Of a stretch of 64,000 bases of DNA, positions 63,394-64,000 are shown piece by piece; the stretch's first letter is position 1; each line of letters begins with the position of its first letter. A model generated the notes under the pieces. The model saw nothing but the letters and a program-made list of their open reading frames with translations. It was not told the origin of the DNA and searched no databases. The position numbers were made by a program, and so were the translations under genes. This stretch comes from Acetomicrobium hydrogeniformans (lineage in GTDB: Bacteria > Synergistota > Synergistia > Synergistales > JAFGMB01), in contig JAENYO010000004.1 in NCBI GenBank assembly GCA_016841745.1, positions 82,026-146,025 of the forward strand, written 5' to 3'.

Positions 63394-64000
63394 ATGAAAA
63401 AAACATACAGAGAACGTTTCTGCAGCAGTCTTGATATTAATGCCCTGGAAAACCCTTCTGCTCAGAGGTTATCAGAAAATGCAATGTGGCTTCTAAGTCA
63501 GCGTTACTTTCTTGACCGTTTCGACAAAGAGTATGGTGGTACAAGGAAAGAAAAGAGTTTTGAGGAATTCGCAAGACGTGTCTCAAGAATAATAGCAAGT
63601 GCAGAAAGCCTTTATCTTGATCTGGATGATACTTCCTCCTTATCGTGGATAGTCACCCTTGAAAAGAACATATTCAACGATATTCTGAACCGCCGTTTCC
63701 TTTTCAATTCACCATGTCTTTTCGGATCAGGAGCTGGTATGTCGGTTCAACCTGAGCTTGCAGAGATAATATACAAGTCTCCGGAAGATATGTCTTTTGA
63801 GGATTACAGAACCCTGATTTCCTCAAAAAGTCCCAACCAGCAGCTTTTTGCATGCTTTGTTATAGATGTACCAGACAGTATCGAGGGTATTTTTGATTCA
63901 GTTAAGGACGCCGCCACCATCAGCAAGTTCGGTGGGGGAGTAGGCGGAAATTTCGGCAAGCTGCGGGAAAAGGGTGCTGATATTGATCACGGGACCGGCG
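63394..64000 (+). CDS. nrdJ: Class II (adenosylcobalamin-dependent) ribonucleotide reductase, N-terminal part (runs off the window)
   Basis: This gene is not in the ORF track because it is edge-truncated. My translation is MKKTYRERF...LSENAMWLLSQRYFLDR...FEEFARRVSRIIAS...RRFLFNSPCLFGSGAG...LFACFVIDVPDSIEGIFDSVKDAATISKFGGGVGGNFGKLREKGA. These are hallmark RNR motifs. Confidence 0.85.
   Translation, partial: MKKTYRERFCSSLDINALENPSAQRLSENAMWLLSQRYFLDRFDKEYGGTRKEKSFEEFARRVSRIIASAESLYLDLDDTSSLSWIVTLEKNIFNDILNRRFLFNSPCLFGSGAGMSVQPELAEIIYKSPEDMSFEDYRTLISSKSPNQQLFACFVIDVPDSIEGIFDSVKDAATISKFGGGVGGNFGKLREKGADIDHGTG

Noticed and set aside
1-64000. I searched for CRISPR arrays, IS or transposase genes, integrases, phage genes, tRNA/rRNA genes and classic defence genes.
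   Set aside because: None found. No regularly spaced direct repeats, no recombinase or nuclease-helicase ORFs and no tRNA-like cloverleaf candidates appear in the intergenic regions.

Overview
This is a 64-kb chromosomal window from an anaerobic, probably diderm bacterium. GC content is moderate and codons are rich in AGG, AGA and ATA. The taxon cannot be fixed from sequence alone. I support about 56 protein-coding genes. I found no rRNA or tRNA genes, no CRISPR array and no recognisable mobile element. Genes in order:
- A partial DUF362/ferredoxin gene, missing from the ORF track because it is cut by the window edge.
- niaR plus an EIIC-like membrane protein.
- An IclR-flanked module: amidohydrolase, lysine 2,3-aminomutase (kamA), M20 deacylase and a Na+/solute symporter.
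- A 1127-aa AsmA/TamB-like protein, an SDH-type ClpP-fold protease and an MFS transporter.
- Two tandem paralogous PAS-GGDEF cyclases.
- A PNPOx-like / PEP-utilising phosphotransferase / TreT-like glycosyltransferase operon.
- A GntR regulator with a radical-SAM (SPASM/twitch-like) enzyme.
- A beta-alanine/pantothenate island: M20 carbamoylase-type hydrolase, DHOD-like flavoprotein, panD, panC, yhdT-panF.
- A further GGDEF protein and an HD-GYP protein, then comB.
- A selenoprotein reductase locus: cdaR-like regulator, then grdE, grdB, grdA and grdX, a catalytically degenerate ProRS paralog and an NSS transporter. grdB and grdA are each split in the ORF track by an in-frame UGA that I read as selenocysteine.
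- Several transporters, an M29 aminopeptidase and a 957-aa UPF0182 membrane protein.
- A free-standing 30-codon hydrophobic peptide gene.
- Tandem Fsr-type MFS paralogs, a BASS transporter, Mop, PatB/MalY lyase and a tungsten-type aldehyde:ferredoxin oxidoreductase.
- crcB behind a fluoride riboswitch.
- The 5' end of a class II ribonucleotide reductase, with candidate NrdR boxes upstream.

The items I consider most worth follow-up are:
- the grd-type selenoprotein module that carries a dead ProRS paralog and lacks grdC, grdD and trx;
- the phosphotransferase-TreT operon, whose kinase has the architecture I recall for rifampicin phosphotransferase (RPH);
- the kamA/deacylase/symporter module;
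- a two-copy intergenic element with 9-nt periodicity.
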